64,000 nt of DNA from Owenia fusiformis. Its lineage: Eukaryota. Each line of letters starts with the position of its first letter. Within the stretch, counting starts at the first letter, position 1. The translations under genes were made by a program, and so were the position numbers. Of this stretch, positions 14,401 to 29,400 are shown piece by piece. The DNA is taken from positions 23,002,001-23,066,000 of the forward strand of contig CAIIXF020000001.1 in the NCBI GenBank assembly GCA_903813345.2, given 5' to 3'. The notes under the pieces were generated by a model. That model searched no databases. It saw only the letters and a list, made by a program, of their open reading frames with translations, and had not been told where the DNA came from.

Positions 14401-17400
14401 ATATGGTGAACTTTTTTTGTACATACGTTTCTCTTAATCCAGTCATCAAATATATATATATATATATTATATTGTATTGTTTTATTTCCTTCATAAAATA
14501 TTTTTCGCATTAAATTGTTGGCAATATGTCAACATTACATAAAAGACCGTGTTTTTTACAGAATGTTTTCAATAATTGGTTTAAGAGAAAAACATTGTTG
14601 AATTCAGTTCACCATATCGATACCTATCCTTTCGAATTATCATACTGTCTATAGGCTTTTTCAAAGATGCAATTTCAACCTTCCAAGTAAGTGGTACTTT
14701 GTAATGTCCTGTTATTTTTGTATTTTAAAAAGCTGCTCCCGATGTTGTTCTCTATTTCTCCAAAACTGTGAACCACGAAAAACCAGCCTTAACGCAATCG
14801 CTTGCAAAAGACCTAAAGGACAGTGGTGTGCATATTTTCGGGGTAGGTTATCTTTGAGGCAAAACGTAATATATAGTAATATAGCAGATGCTCTACATTT
14901 ATCTTTTGCTCGGCTATTTATTGACCTACTAGTAGTCGCTTATTGGATTTGACGTGAATTATGCCCAAAAATGACATCGACTGGGCATTATACACTTTAC
15001 TTTGATATGATTACAGATAAACATTGGGCTAACACCGCCAAAAGATGACGAGATGAAGTTCCTGGTGACCGAGTCATATCTAGACAACTTGTTTTACGTC
15101 AATGACTACCAAAGACTTCTAGATCAAGTAAACATAGAACTATTTCGGGATATCGCATGTCAAGGTGTGTTTAAATTGTCCAACATTATTTTTACTCTTG
15201 AAAATGTCCACATATCACGCTGTTCAGTGGAGAGTGTAACCGATTTCCATTTGATTTATGTCCAACCTTATTTTTACGCATAATACCTGGTAGAGTCCAC
15301 GTTCTTGGTGTGAACAGTATTTTCAGATCTTTTATCCAAATCATTATTTCTAGACATTTTTGAAATATAATCATAAACTAAACATCAACATGGACAATGT
15401 AACTCCGATTTTCTTTTGTCTTATTCCTTTTTTGGATTATTTTGAGGCCAAATGCCAGGTTACACAATGCACGTCAACATTTTTAATTGCCCATCTCCGT
15501 TTCTTCTCCGTTGTCTAATTATTCATCTCATTCTAGCAAATAACTTCTGCTATAAGGGCTGCAAAAACAGTGGAGTATGTCTAAACTCACCGACGGGGTA
15601 CAAATGTGACTGCCCCGCTGGATTTTGGGGACCCGATTGTAATGGTATGTACACTACTTCCTATTCTAGCCGGATCTTAAAAACATCGCCCCCTGTTTTT
15701 ACTATCATAAAGATTATCTATAATCTTATTATCTATAATTGTGTTCTAAACTGTCGCTTGTTTATATGGTGACTATGCAGTTGGTTCATAATGATGACTG
15801 CCCAGTTGATTTTTACAGGATGTGATGCTAAAGCTGATGTTGTAATGGTTGTTGATCATTCTTCAAGCATTGGAGATGCAAATTTTGCACTCATGAGGTT
15901 CGCATAACTTTTGAAACATACGATTGTGCATACCTATAATACGCTAAATATTTGATTTTTGATTTTTATTTATTAAATTCATATAAACATATCCACATAT
16001 CAGTGATAATTTAATAAACCTAAACATAAAAGCCTAGAAACTATTAATATCAAGGGGCAAAGATACGAGAGTATGGTGAAAATTCAATGTGACTGCCCTA
16101 TATAAAGTCCGGGGCAAAAATCTCTGTGTTCTTTATCGGAAGTAGCTAGCAACCCCAAATGTGCCCTAAATAGCCATAAGTTACATGAGGTTCCATGTAA
16201 CTCCTCTCATTGTCATTAGCCTAGAATAGGACGTCGCGATATCCAAGTGTGATATTTATACCAAACTTATAAAATACAAATAGGAATACTGTCTAAATTC
16301 TAGGACATTCCTCAGTGATTTGGCGACGAGATTTGCTGCTAGTGGACCAGGACATGTTCAGCTTGCTGTTGTAGACTTTAGTGACACTGTGAGTGTATCA
16401 TTCTAATATATCAGAGTCAGCTAGCATTTGCGAATTCAACTGTTGTTGGTTGTCGGCTGGCGACTTGACCGTCATTCCGTGGCCAACTCGTATAAATATT
16501 TATTTTCTATAGATACGAATAATAGCAAGTTCTATGCATAATTAAATGAATTGGCAACATAATATCAATCAAATCGTGGTTAAGTCGTCAGCCGCCAGTC
16601 GGCAGTTGAATTCGTGAATGCTAGCATAGCCTAGCTTTTTATCCTACATATACAGTATGAGTACTTACATAGAGTGCAACATGTAGAAAAAATAGTCCCA
16701 TGTGGCCTATATGTTTTAGGCGGCGGTTCATGGAAACCTCGATTTAAATGCCGATCCTGCAACAGTCGCTGGTATAGTAGGAGATGCTGCACAATATCCA
16801 TATTTAACTGGAATGACAAATACTGCAGATGCATTGATGGTTGGGCGTGAGGTTATTCAAGACGGCAAAAGGTAAAGCCATAAATAAAATGCAGCCTCTA
16901 AGTCTGTCCTGATTCTTGTGTGATTTTATTTTTCTGTTTATAATATAGAAAATCTGATCCAACATTATAAGTACATTATGTAAAGATAACAAAAAATTCA
17001 TACTCAAAACAAATGTAATTTTTGAAAATTATATAAATAACTTATTTGTGATTAAAGAGTATTTTTTATAATTATACGAAAATATATATCCTGTGAGAAT
17101 TATTGTTCCAGAGCGGGAGTACCCAGTGTTCTGCTATTGATAACAGATGGAGAAAGTAACATGAATGAAAAACGAACACTCATTGAGGCCCAAACTAACC
17201 AGTATGAAGGCATCACAACCAAGGTTGTTCAGATTGGTGGCGGCGCATCTCTCGATGCTGAAAGTATTGCAATTGCATCTCCACCGAGTGCAGTAAATGT
17301 ATTTAAAGTTGCTGATTTTGCTGGACTTGCAACTCCAGACCTCTTTACAGACATATCCCAAGCAACATGTGACCGTAAGTTTAAACTAAGATAAATCAAC

Positions 17401-20400
17401 TAAATGATCACCTGGTCGTTATACCGTAGGGAATCAATCGAGATAGAAAATCAATGAAATGCTATATATTTTAGACATTGATTTATCTTACATGTTACAA
17501 TCATTACTATCTTTCAAAACCAGTTGTCAGAGCACCATCCACTCTGTTCCTTCCTTAGAACAGAGAGAGTGGATACTGTCTTGAATTCGGCGTTCGGAGG
17601 ATGGTTAATTGTGAGATTTTGCATATGGTTAAAAGTGGTTATTATCAGGCATTATTACATAGGGTTAATTCCAAGTTTAATCATCAATTAATCATCATTA
17701 ATTTTACCAAGGAGAGGCATCAAAAGTTCAATTTCTGATAGGAAGCTAAATAAATCTAGTTTTTAGTTGGACCCCCCCCCCCCCCTCCCCCTCAAAACTA
17801 AATACAATGAAAGTTGATCGCGGACTTTTCACATGTTTTAGCGACTCAATTTGGACTTTCATGGGGGCAGTACTATAACTTATTTATAATTTCTTAAAAC
17901 ATGTGCCAACAACAACAGGCATAATATTCCATGTTACATGCATCTTGGTGAAGAAGGCATCTGGTAAAGTATCTATTTTTAAACCGTTCCAAGGCATTTC
18001 GAGTCGAAATTGCAAAAAAAATTAAATGTTGAAATTTGTCAGATAGCAAACTGAAATAGATTTGACCCCCTCCTCCAAACTAGATTTATTTAGTTTTCTA
18101 TCAGACATTGATCTTTTGATGACTCCCCTAAGTGCTTATAAGCATGTCTTGAACATTCAAAAATAACAAAATTGACATTTCTTAAATCATTTCTTTCTAT
18201 GGGTTTGAACATGATATGAATTAGCGTTTAAAAAGTCTGCTATACGTAACCTATAATCTGTAGTCTGTTTGCTACTTAAATTTTATTTTTCCAGCAATTG
18301 ATATGTGCTCCAGTTCACCATGCCCAAGTGGAACGTGTATAGATATGATTGGAAACTATGTATGCAAGCCAGATACTCAATGTTCGTATTATATTTTATA
18401 TAATATGTACATAACTTTTTTTTAAATTATGTTTAATTTATATCTATTTAATTAATATTTACATAAATATTAACTTATTTTTTATGTGTGTTTCACTTTA
18501 CATTATCTAGAGGTCAGTCTGAAAGTATGTTGTTATTACTTATTTGTAGTTTGTGATGCGAAATTAGATATTGTGTTTGGAATTGACGTTTCCAATATGG
18601 ACAGTGCCACAATGTCGGATGTTGCAACATTCGTTGATAACTTTTTCTCCAAATTTTACGTTACTGCTTCCAAAGTTAATGTTGGGCTTTTCAACTACCA
18701 AGCAAGTGGAAGTCAAACAGTGAGTGGCGTTTAACTTGAAACCAAAGAATGAAGAGAAACAATATCCAAGAATATACGCTCAATCTTTTCAGCATCTGAA
18801 AATATATTTTAGACATTTTATTTTATCCAATATCCGAGGTTTATATTGACGATTTGAGAAGTAGAAATGTTCAGACTGATAAGAATTAAAATGAAATGTC
18901 TATTCTTATTGCAAAATAATCTTACGATTCAAGGCATGATCATAAATACGACTTGTTGGACATTTTAGAAATGGCAATGTAAAATCGTGATATTTCTTCT
19001 TTATCATATCCTTTGTGTGTATTCAGATAATGTTGAAACTTAGCGATGGCACATCACTGAGTGCAGTATCGGCAGAACTTGGAAGTATGACTTTACCTGG
19101 TACAACAACAGACTCCGATTCGGGGGATGGTACGTATGCATGAAAATAATTGACTCAAATGAACAAAGATATATATGAACCGTATATGATAGGTATTCTT
19201 ACACATGACAAGCGTAAAAAATGAGACATAAAGTGAGGTAATCAGTTAGATTTAATATAATACTTTACATCGTGGAATTTCTGCTGAAATGGGTATTTAA
19301 TAGGGATCCAATTATAAAAAAACAGAATACCTATAAACTTTGCAACAACGTTGGAGGTTTTTCAATCTCAAAATCAAATTAATTAAATTAATCTTAATAT
19401 AAAAAGGATTGCATCTAAATGATCATGAATGATGGGGATACCATCGCTAATCGAGTTTTATTTTGTAGCAATCAACTTTGCCCATAATACCATGTTCACA
19501 TCTGGCAATGGAGATAGGACTGATGCCACAAACCTGTTGATCCTTATCTCTGATACACCAACGGTTGATTTTAATCAAGCTGTCCTCAATGCAGAATCAG
19601 CCAAATATGGAGGTAAAGAGCTATATCGGTTCCTGTCTATTAAAACATCAAACAAAATATCATGTAATTATCATTTCCAAACTGCTTTCTCATAAATGCA
19701 TTATGATCATTTATCTCATTACATCTTTATTTTCATAAAGGGGTACACATCAAGGCTGTAGGCTTTGGATCGAAATATCTTGCTTTAAATAACCAGCTAC
19801 AGAAGATTGTTAGCACTCAGCCAACAATCGCAGATAACTTGTGGGCAGTTGACACAGTGAGCAACCTTGACGATGGCCTCGCAACATATATTGCAGAGAG
19901 CAGCTGTGACAGTAAGATATTATCCATGTATGGGTATTAGATCCATAGGAAGTAGTGTTCTTTCTCAAATCGATATCTACTAAAGAGAAAATATAAATAT
20001 GACAGACTACTACTGCTATCTTTCTGTTGGCCTTATCCCTTTGTAATTCAGAAAACCATTTAAAGGTACAGCTGGAAAATAGCATTCTGGTAAAAAATTG
20101 CTATACCTGCACATGTTATTTTCTGGTACAAAATTAAGTATGAAGGTATGTGTGTATTTCCTTCCTTTTTTCAGGAGTATCATTACATTGTCTACTTTTA
20201 GTAAACCTGGAAACAGGTCAATGGTAGCTCCTGTGTTGTCTGGAAACTTCAAAAGAAAATTTGGAAAAATAGAAAGCATAAAATATCAGAATTTCCAGGA
20301 GTTCCCATTGAACTCTTACCAGATTTACTAAAAGAAGACAATGTAATGATACTTTTCTGAAAAAAGCAAGGAAATCAACACATACCTTCATACTTTATAG

Positions 20401-23400
20401 TGTACCAGAAAATAACATGTGTGGGTATAGCAATTTTTCCCCAAAATGCTATTTTCCAGCTGAACCTTAAACCGTATAAGTTGATGGTTATTTATCGTTT
20501 CACATAGCCACAAAAAGTGATCTCATGTTATTTTTCTATCCATTCTTAAGTGCATAATGATACGACTAGCTATGATTCTGTTATAGAAGACTCCCAGTGT
20601 ACCCAGGACAATGGTAACTCTGTCCAATGCCCTAATGGAGGGACCTGCATCGATGGAATCTTTGGCTTTCTCTGCCAATGTCCATCTGGAACATCTGGCC
20701 CTAATTGTTTAGGTATACGTTGCGCATTAAATGCACTTTATTCACATATACAAGGGATGGTTCAAAAGTAATGGTATAGACATACGAATTATTGGCCCAT
20801 TTGATCTATATTTACTCTCAAGTTAGATCATCCAACTGTGTTTCGTGGATAATCATGCAGTTGGTGTGACTCATTTTATATTAAGACAATCAGATCTAGA
20901 ATTATAATTATTTTCAACGTTTTGCATGGTCTATCATGCGTTATAGTATCTTATTCTTGTTTTCTAGACTTAAACATTGTCTTTTTAGGCTGCAAGGCAG
21001 AGTTGGATATTTATGTTTTACTCGATGATGTAACTAGTGGATTTGAAGCAGAGAAAAATTTGCTTCTTGAATTGGTGGATAGGCTCGATGTAACAGGTGG
21101 CGCTGTTAAGGTAAGTAATAACAATTTTATGCCACATTAGTGAACACTTCCTAGAGGTGGTTGAAAACATTTTGTATAGCATGAGTGTTCACAACATATT
21201 CCTAAATTAATGTACATTCCCTATTATGGTGTACTGAGGTCATGGTTTCAGTTTTATCAATTTATAGTTTTGTTGTAATACTTTTAATATATAATGTGTA
21301 ATTACAGATGGGACTGGCAGTGTTTGGTAATACCGTTGCAGAACAATGGAAACTCTCAGCATACTCAACGAACGCTGATCTTAAGACAGCTATAAGCGCC
21401 TTAGTATACGGCGGACAGAGTAATAATCTTAAGATCTTCTAAGTCCGTTCCTTATGAAAAATAAATAATGCAAGTCCTAAGGTTCCAATATACCATTTGA
21501 AAGGTGAGAGTGTCAGGTTGTATGGTCTGGAATAGCTGAGTGACTTCATATTTGATATGCTGGTGCTTTTGGTACATAGAACCTCTGTTCAAGAAGACAT
21601 TTTCGATGATGGTAGCTGAATTCAAAATGGCTGTCATTTTTCATGGCAACAATGTACTTTTTGAAAACATCAACATCAGTTATCGAAATTGATCCTACGT
21701 CGTTTCATAGGCTGAATTCAAAATGCCACTTTTTGGTAAAGCATAAATTTTTCTTCTAAGTCATATTTTGAGATTTTGAGCAGGTGCTTTACGGGCATGT
21801 GTCAGCTGTAGAGGGAATTTCCAAGATGGCTACTGAATTCAAAATCACCGCCATTTTCAGTCAAGAGAAAAAAGATTTTCTTGAGGCAAATGGGTCTAAA
21901 TTGTGTAGGCTAATACCTTATGGTCATGGGACTTCTATATAAGAAGGCGTCAGATCACATTACGGTTAGAGACTAGGCCAAAGGGATACAGTAACACTCT
22001 CATTTTACCGTCTGGTTAATATTTATATCATTTAATGTTCAAAATTGCCCTTTTGCTCAACTAGTTCTGATTTCAGCGATTTTGTCATCAATCAACATGC
22101 ACGTGTTCATTTTTACATAGACGTCTTTTTCATTTTAAGCCGCGGCAAACACAAATCTTGCCTTGGATCTAGCTTTATCGACTGCCTTCACTCCCGCCAG
22201 TGGTAACAGAGATGGTGTTCCTGATCTTATTCTACTTGTCACCGGAAATTCGGCTTCTCTCGTTCCAGCCACGATTAGCGCTGCACAGTACATACAGACT
22301 TCGGGTATAGATATCGCAGCCATAGGTAAGAAATAAGAACTTGTATGCTATACAGATTCAAATCTGTGTACCTTCTACCTACTCCGTCATATTTTTTAAG
22401 AATTGACCAAAAATAATTGGACTTGCATAGGACATCGAGATATTTTAAGCTTTCTGTTACTTCTACTTGTATTTTGAACAAGACTATTTTGCCGTGCTTT
22501 ATCGTAGGATTTGCAAGTGCTCCACAAGCCGAGCTTCAGCAGATAGCTAGTGAGCCATCGTCAAGATTTGCCTTATTGGCAGCAAATACTGCAGAATTGG
22601 AAAGTGCACTATTTGCAGACCAAGTCATTCAAAATATCTGTGATCGTGAGTGCTTGTTACTTATTTTAAAATGTATACAGAAGCTGGCATAAAATTAAAC
22701 AATAAATGTTAAATAATTTAATTGTGATGGAGATCTTTGAGTCACACGGTACACTTTGTCATCAAGTGCAAACCAATATACAAAAGAAAACTAGGTCAAG
22801 GTAAACTGCTTACACCCTTAGGGCTTGCAATTGACGGTAATTGGAAGCAAACTAATGTGTAAAGGCAGATTTAAATTTCTGCTCTTAATTTGCCTTAATG
22901 TTGTCCTGTTTCAGCTGATGACCAGTGTGACAGCTCACCGTGTGGAGGACAGAGCGTGTGTAAAGATGGCGTCTTTGGTTTCACGTGTAGCTGCATCCCA
23001 CCAGCCATGGGAACACAATGTGATATATGTAAGTAAAGGAGATGTAATGTAATGCGTTTGGTCAGAGCTCTAAGACTCAAAGGATTATTAACACGTTCAT
23101 ACAAATAGAAAGTTGTAAAACAAAAAAAGCAACATAACTAAGAGAATCATATTACAAAACCCTTTGAACCTTTACTCAAAAAAATGCAAAAAGTCGAATA
23201 TAAGAAGTAAATGACATCATGTGTACAAAAGGCAAAGAAATAATACCTGGTAAGAAAAATTTATAATGTAATATAAAGAAATAGTAAGATTAGCTTAAAA
23301 TTCAAACGCCATAGACATGTCATAGATATGCAGGCCACGAATGTTCATTTCAAATTATCATTGGTATTATGTTATATCAGTGTGATTCATTTTCAGCGTG

Positions 23401-26400
23401 TGACACCCTATCTGATATAGTGTTTATCGTTGACTCCTCAGCCTCAGTCACTGAGGCAAATTTCAATATGGTTAGAAGCTATGTTGCTGACCTAGTTGGA
23501 CAATTTGATATTGGCAATAGACATCAGGTAAATGTTAAACACAAGACAATCCAAGGTACCTTATCTTACAAGCAATGCCCATTTTATGACCGTACTTGGT
23601 ATCATGGATTTTGAATTATGAGATGATAGTAATTAAAGATTTGTCTAAATCAAGACTTTGAATGAGGGCAATAGTCCGCTGGGTTACAAGACATGAATGC
23701 ATTAAATCATACACAGTTCATTGAGTCATTTACTTTTCACACAGTGCACAGGATTATTTAAAGTTTCTCGAGAAAATGAAATTCTCGATGGAACCTTTTG
23801 CAAGGGTTTTTATTTGTAAGATTTGGCCCTTTGACATTTTGACCTGCATAAAGCACATACCTTGCTTGTCATCCTGATTACATTCTCAGTTTTTCACTAA
23901 ACTGTCAACTCTAGCTCATGAGAATGATGAGAATAACTGATGTAATTTTATAAATCATGCCTCGCCTGGCAATGTGTGAATTTCTGCTATTATGTATATT
24001 AAGGTTGGTGTAATCCGAGTGGCTGATGGCGCAAAATACAGTGCTCATTTGAACACATATACGACCGCAAGTGCCCTTGAGAGCCAAGTGAACAGAATGA
24101 CGTTTTCAAATAGTGTCAATACAAATCTGGCTGCTGGCCTCAACAGTCTGGTGTCCATAAATGGAGCTAGGGCTAACGCTCGTAAATTTGCCATCATACT
24201 GTCTGATGGTTATGACGATTCTGCTAATGTCAACAGCCTTGCAGCCGTTGAAGCTAAAAAGGCAACGGCGGACGGTAATGACCATATCGTTTTTAAAAAT
24301 CAATATTCATATTTGATGTCTGCGCTTATAATCCCAATACAAAGAAATGTGATCATTCTTGTCTAGATCGCCCATTTTTACAATGGAATATCCAGACACA
24401 TACTCCAGGATGAATTTTTTCTAGCACTTATACGTTTATATTGTACACCTATACTTACGTCGATGATCAAAAGTCATTTTTTCTTGTTTGTCTGATTAGG
24501 GTGGCACATAATGGTGGTCCGAATGCACTCAGGAATCACACAACAAGATGCTGAAAACGTCGCTTCTATTCCATACAGAGACTTTGTTGTAAAACATGAA
24601 GACTACAACACATTGGAGACACTCACCCCAATCTTGCTCGAGGGTCCCTGTGAAGGTAAGTGAGTGGTGTATGCAGTTTTGCAAATCATAATACATGGTC
24701 CTCTTTCTATATGGCTCTTCCTGGCAAAACTTATTGAAGAGTTGAAATTATGTTTTATTTAAATCAAGTACGCAATTTTGCAAATCATAATACATGGTCC
24801 TCTTTCTATATGGCTCTTCCTGGCAAAACTTATTGAAGAGTTGAAATTATGTTTTATTTAAATCAAGTACGTTATCGTGTAATATTATGCATCTTAGGAA
24901 TTGCTAACCCCCTCTCACTTTTTTTTCAATGGATCTAATCTGTACATATAACTTCCTTATACCTCTATAATACTCATTCGGCCAAGGAAATACTACGAAT
25001 GTGACAACTGATCCCTAGAGGACTATAATTCTAGACAACGAGTTTTCTTGAAAACGTGTAATTTAACCTCCCTAATTTTATGTTTACACCAGACGTCGCA
25101 TACTATTTTGTTGTCATGAAAATAGAATATTTCTTTAATAGTTTAATATTGGGTTTACATTTACATTTAATTCATATTACAGATCAAGATCAATGCATCA
25201 CGCTGAAAACAGCCACGACAAACCCGTGTGGAACCAACGGTGTGTGCACAGATGGTATTAACGGTGTTATCTGCTCGTGCCCACCAGGATTCGTTGGACC
25301 AAACTGCGATGACGGAATGAGTGAGATTTTCATAGAATATACAATATATAGAATTAACCATAATGCTGAGGCACTGTATTTTTCTTGACATGTATGGGGA
25401 GATGGGCCATCCTTCCATATATCAAATATTTATTACCGAACGATAAGAGACCGGGGCACAAAGTAAGAAATATCGCATTAGAGGCATCCTTGGTCAAAGG
25501 GTATTTCACTTCTTCCCATACCCTTGGTGCAGCCAGTTATACAATTGTTGGGACTGTGCAAACAAACTTTGAAATAGCCCTTAAATTACTTGTCAATCAA
25601 AACCATTGTAACAATCATGGGTCAAAATCAGCAAAGATTTTCCAAAGATGTTCACAGTGATAAACGGGCATCATGTGTTCACTAATGAGTTTATTGCCCC
25701 AGTCTGGATGCATTTCTCTATAAGAATCCAATTTATAAGTAACTTGCATTCCATTAGGGGTCATAAACAGAGGGAGGACAAAACATCCCCATTGAATTAT
25801 GTATAGAACATTATGATTGGAGAAAGCAGAAAACGCATTTTCTGCGTTGACCACTAGGAAACTCAGCTTAATTATTACCCCTAAAATGAAACTAGTTGGG
25901 GTTAAGTAAAGGAGAAAAGGAAAGCATTAGAGGCATTTGCCATAATATCCTTTTAGTCGAAGCGAAGATTTATTTAGGTCACAGGTCTGTGTTAAGATCT
26001 AAATGTTTAACCGATGTTTTTTTCAGTTTGCAATGGCGAAGTGGACATTATGTTTGCCTTCGATTATGCAGCAGGAATATCTAAAAGCGACTATGAAAAG
26101 TATTTCGACTTCGTTTATGGTGTCACCGAAAATGTGGACATTAACAACGATCTTGTGAGGGTGGGGATAGTAAACTACAGAGGGTGAGTTGGTTTTATAA
26201 GCATGATCATTTCATCATTATTTTGATTATTATAAAAAAAAGTATGATTAAAAAGACTCAAATTCTGCACCCTTGTTTTGGCACCATGTTCAGTCTGTCG
26301 GGTATAGTTGTAGTTTTTAATAAACCGTTCACATTTATCTTGAAATGGGAAAGTACGTGCCATCAATGTTGATATATCCCCTCCCTTTTTTGCCACAACG

Positions 26401-29400
26401 CCCTGCTGTTGAAAGAGAGTATTGTACTGAGGGGGTGAGTTGTTGATTATCATGATGACCATTAGAGTCCAGTAGCGTTGCTACAGCCTTCTCAAACGGG
26501 GGTCCTAGTAAAATGCCCTTTACCATTTCGTCCTCATCTGCTCAGGAACCCCTCCTTTATATGTTTCACCATCCTTCCTGTGAACAACTAGGAACAATAC
26601 GTTTCCTCAATGTATTTTCCATTGTGCGTATATGTCTTTAGGGCGAATGTTGTGACTACAGTAGTTGACGCCACAGCATTTGTAAGCGACAAGCAAGGCC
26701 TTCTCAAAGAAATCAATTCAAAGAAAGTCAACTCATATGGATCTACTTCGGGTCCAACAAACTCAATCGCAGCTGTGGAAGCAGCTACCACGTTCTTTGC
26801 TGCCAACAGCCGCGCCGGTGTTGCAAAATTACTCTGTATTATAACAGATGGTGAAACCAGTGCGACTTATTGGAATTCTCAGAGCATTAGCAGTGCAAAG
26901 CAGAATGACATCACAATCATGTGTAAGCAATTCAGTTCCTTTAATTCTTTTGCATGTTAAGTAAATATGGAAAAATCGAATGGATTCGAAATGAAAGTAC
27001 ATGTACATTCAACTACAGTAGAGAAAATTGAGGTAATTCGTCGTTCTTCAACGTGTGCTTTTTTTACCACCCTGATTTCAGTTTGTTCATCTCGATCATA
27101 TATTATGCACATTGTTAACTGGATCGTAACTTGAATTGTCCCTCATGTATGGACTTGGTTCCATAATTATCTCTGTTTTATATCTAGCCTTTGGCGTTGG
27201 GAGTGCTGTCAATACAATGAAGCTGTCCATTCTGGCCAGTGACCCGAAAGACAACGAATTTTCCTCAGGTGACTACAATAATGTCACCAACAATATTGCC
27301 AGCTTTTCTGATAGAGTCTGCCAAGGTAAGACACGGTGTGCGGCGTGTGCCCACATTCCTATTACAACATCTATCTGCCAACATGGTGTATTTGTTTTCT
27401 TAAAGTTGTAATTAGATACATTCACGATATATGGACAATTTGAACTATATTGTCGGATCATATGTTTCATTTCAATTGTTGTTTAAAATACTCAATCTAT
27501 GAACAAATACTTGAATATATTATTTATATTATATTATTTAGACCCAGATGACTGTGTTCGAAGCGACGGTTCTCCATCATGCGGTAACGGTGGCACCTGT
27601 ACTGATAAGTTCAACACAATGACATGTGACTGTCCTGCCGGTTTCTCAGGACCTAACTGTCTTAGGGGTAGGTTCTACATCGTGTTTTCGTGAGTGCAAT
27701 CCTGAATTTCTGTCATAATTCAGGGTTTCTTAAGATCATGTGTTTTTCCCTTTGAATGTAAAATGCTAGTTGTATTTTATAGAATGCAGTGGTGAAGCTG
27801 ATATTTTGTTCATCCTGGATGCCAATTCAGTCAGAGATCGAATAGAGATTGTGGACTATATCAAATGCGTTGTAGGTAAGGAAGTATAAATATCAATACA
27901 AAATATTATCCCGGAGATTATGGTCATCTTCATGTATGGACCATTCTAGCCCTGGTGGAGTATGTACTAATAAAGAAACGATATGTAGGTTACATTAATG
28001 GCTAAAACTGAATATTGATGTTAATTTTTGAAGATTTTAGTGACCTCGCTTCCTTACTTTCATTTGAGTAGTTTGGTCAAAATTTTAAACATGTACCTCT
28101 CAATGATCGTTTGCATATTATCCAGATGAGGTTGCCCTCAGTGATACAGCAAGTGGCAAGACAGGGCATCAGATCGCCCTCATCGCTTATGGTGTTAAAG
28201 CATCTGACCCAGTACTTCTCTTGGACTATTCTGAGAATAACATAGATATCAAATCGAAGGCAGAGGACTTGCTTCTTCTGACGCCGGGAACACAGTCGGA
28301 TATCGAAAAGGCCTTTACTTTGGCCCAAACGACTGTGAGTCAAGATAACGCATTTATTTGATAATCAAGTAGTTTTCATTCTCGTGATCGTTATTTCATT
28401 CAGTACAGATTCGCGGTTTGTTTTACAGTAATTAGTGATAATTATGTATACATAAGCATAGTGTCATATTTTGTAATTTTATTTAATTTAATGATTTATG
28501 TATTTGAAGGCTAAACAGAGGTCTGGTTGATTTTATAACTTCTCTTTATATGTTTTCCTGTTTAGATTAATGGCTCCCCTCGTGCTGTATCCAAGGTTGT
28601 GTTCTTGCTCATGGATTCTGTCGAGTCCAACGGAAAAGGTATAAAATTCAGTTTAAAAATTTTGAATCTTCGATCTTATCTCATGGATTCTGTCGAGTCC
28701 AACGGAAAGGGTACAAAATTCACTTTAAAAATTTTGAATCTTCTTATCTCATGGATTCTGTCAAGTCCAACGGAAAAAGTATAAAATTCACTTTAAAAAT
28801 TTTAAATCTTCTTATCTCATGGATTCTGTCGAGTCCAATGGGAAAGGTATAAATTCACATTAAAAATTCTGAATCGTTGCATGGTAATTCTGTAGAGTCC
28901 AACGGAAAAGGTATAAATTCACTTTAAAAATTTTAAATCTTCTTATCTCATGGATTCTGTCGAGTCCAATGTGAAAGGTATAAATTCACATTAAAAATTC
29001 TGAATCGTTGCATGGTAATTCTGTAGAGTCCAACGGAAAAGGTATAAATTCACTTTAAAAATCTTGAATCTTGCAAAACTTCTTCTCATGGATTCTGTTG
29101 AGTTCAAAGGAAGAGGTATGAAATTCACTTTAAAAAATTTTGAATCTTCTCGTGGATTCTGCCGAGTCCAATGGAAAAAGTAAAAAATTCACATTAAAAA
29201 TTTTGAATCTTCTCATGGATTCTGCCGAGTCCAATGGAAAAAGTAAAAAATTCACATTAAAAATTTTGAATCTTCTTGTCTCATGGATTCTGTATAGTCA
29301 AACGGAAAATGTATAAAAATTAAACTTTGAATTTTGTAAAACTTCTTACATGTATCTCGTGGATTCTGTCGAATCCAACGGAAAGAGTATCTATTGTTAA

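Noticed and set aside
25310-25326. Possible non-canonical GA donor after the EGF exon
   Set aside because: A canonical phase-1 GTGAG donor at 25321 keeps the frame
28608-29392. Repeat array as CRISPR
   Set aside because: Intervening sequences are homologous to each other rather than unique spacers; no cas genes
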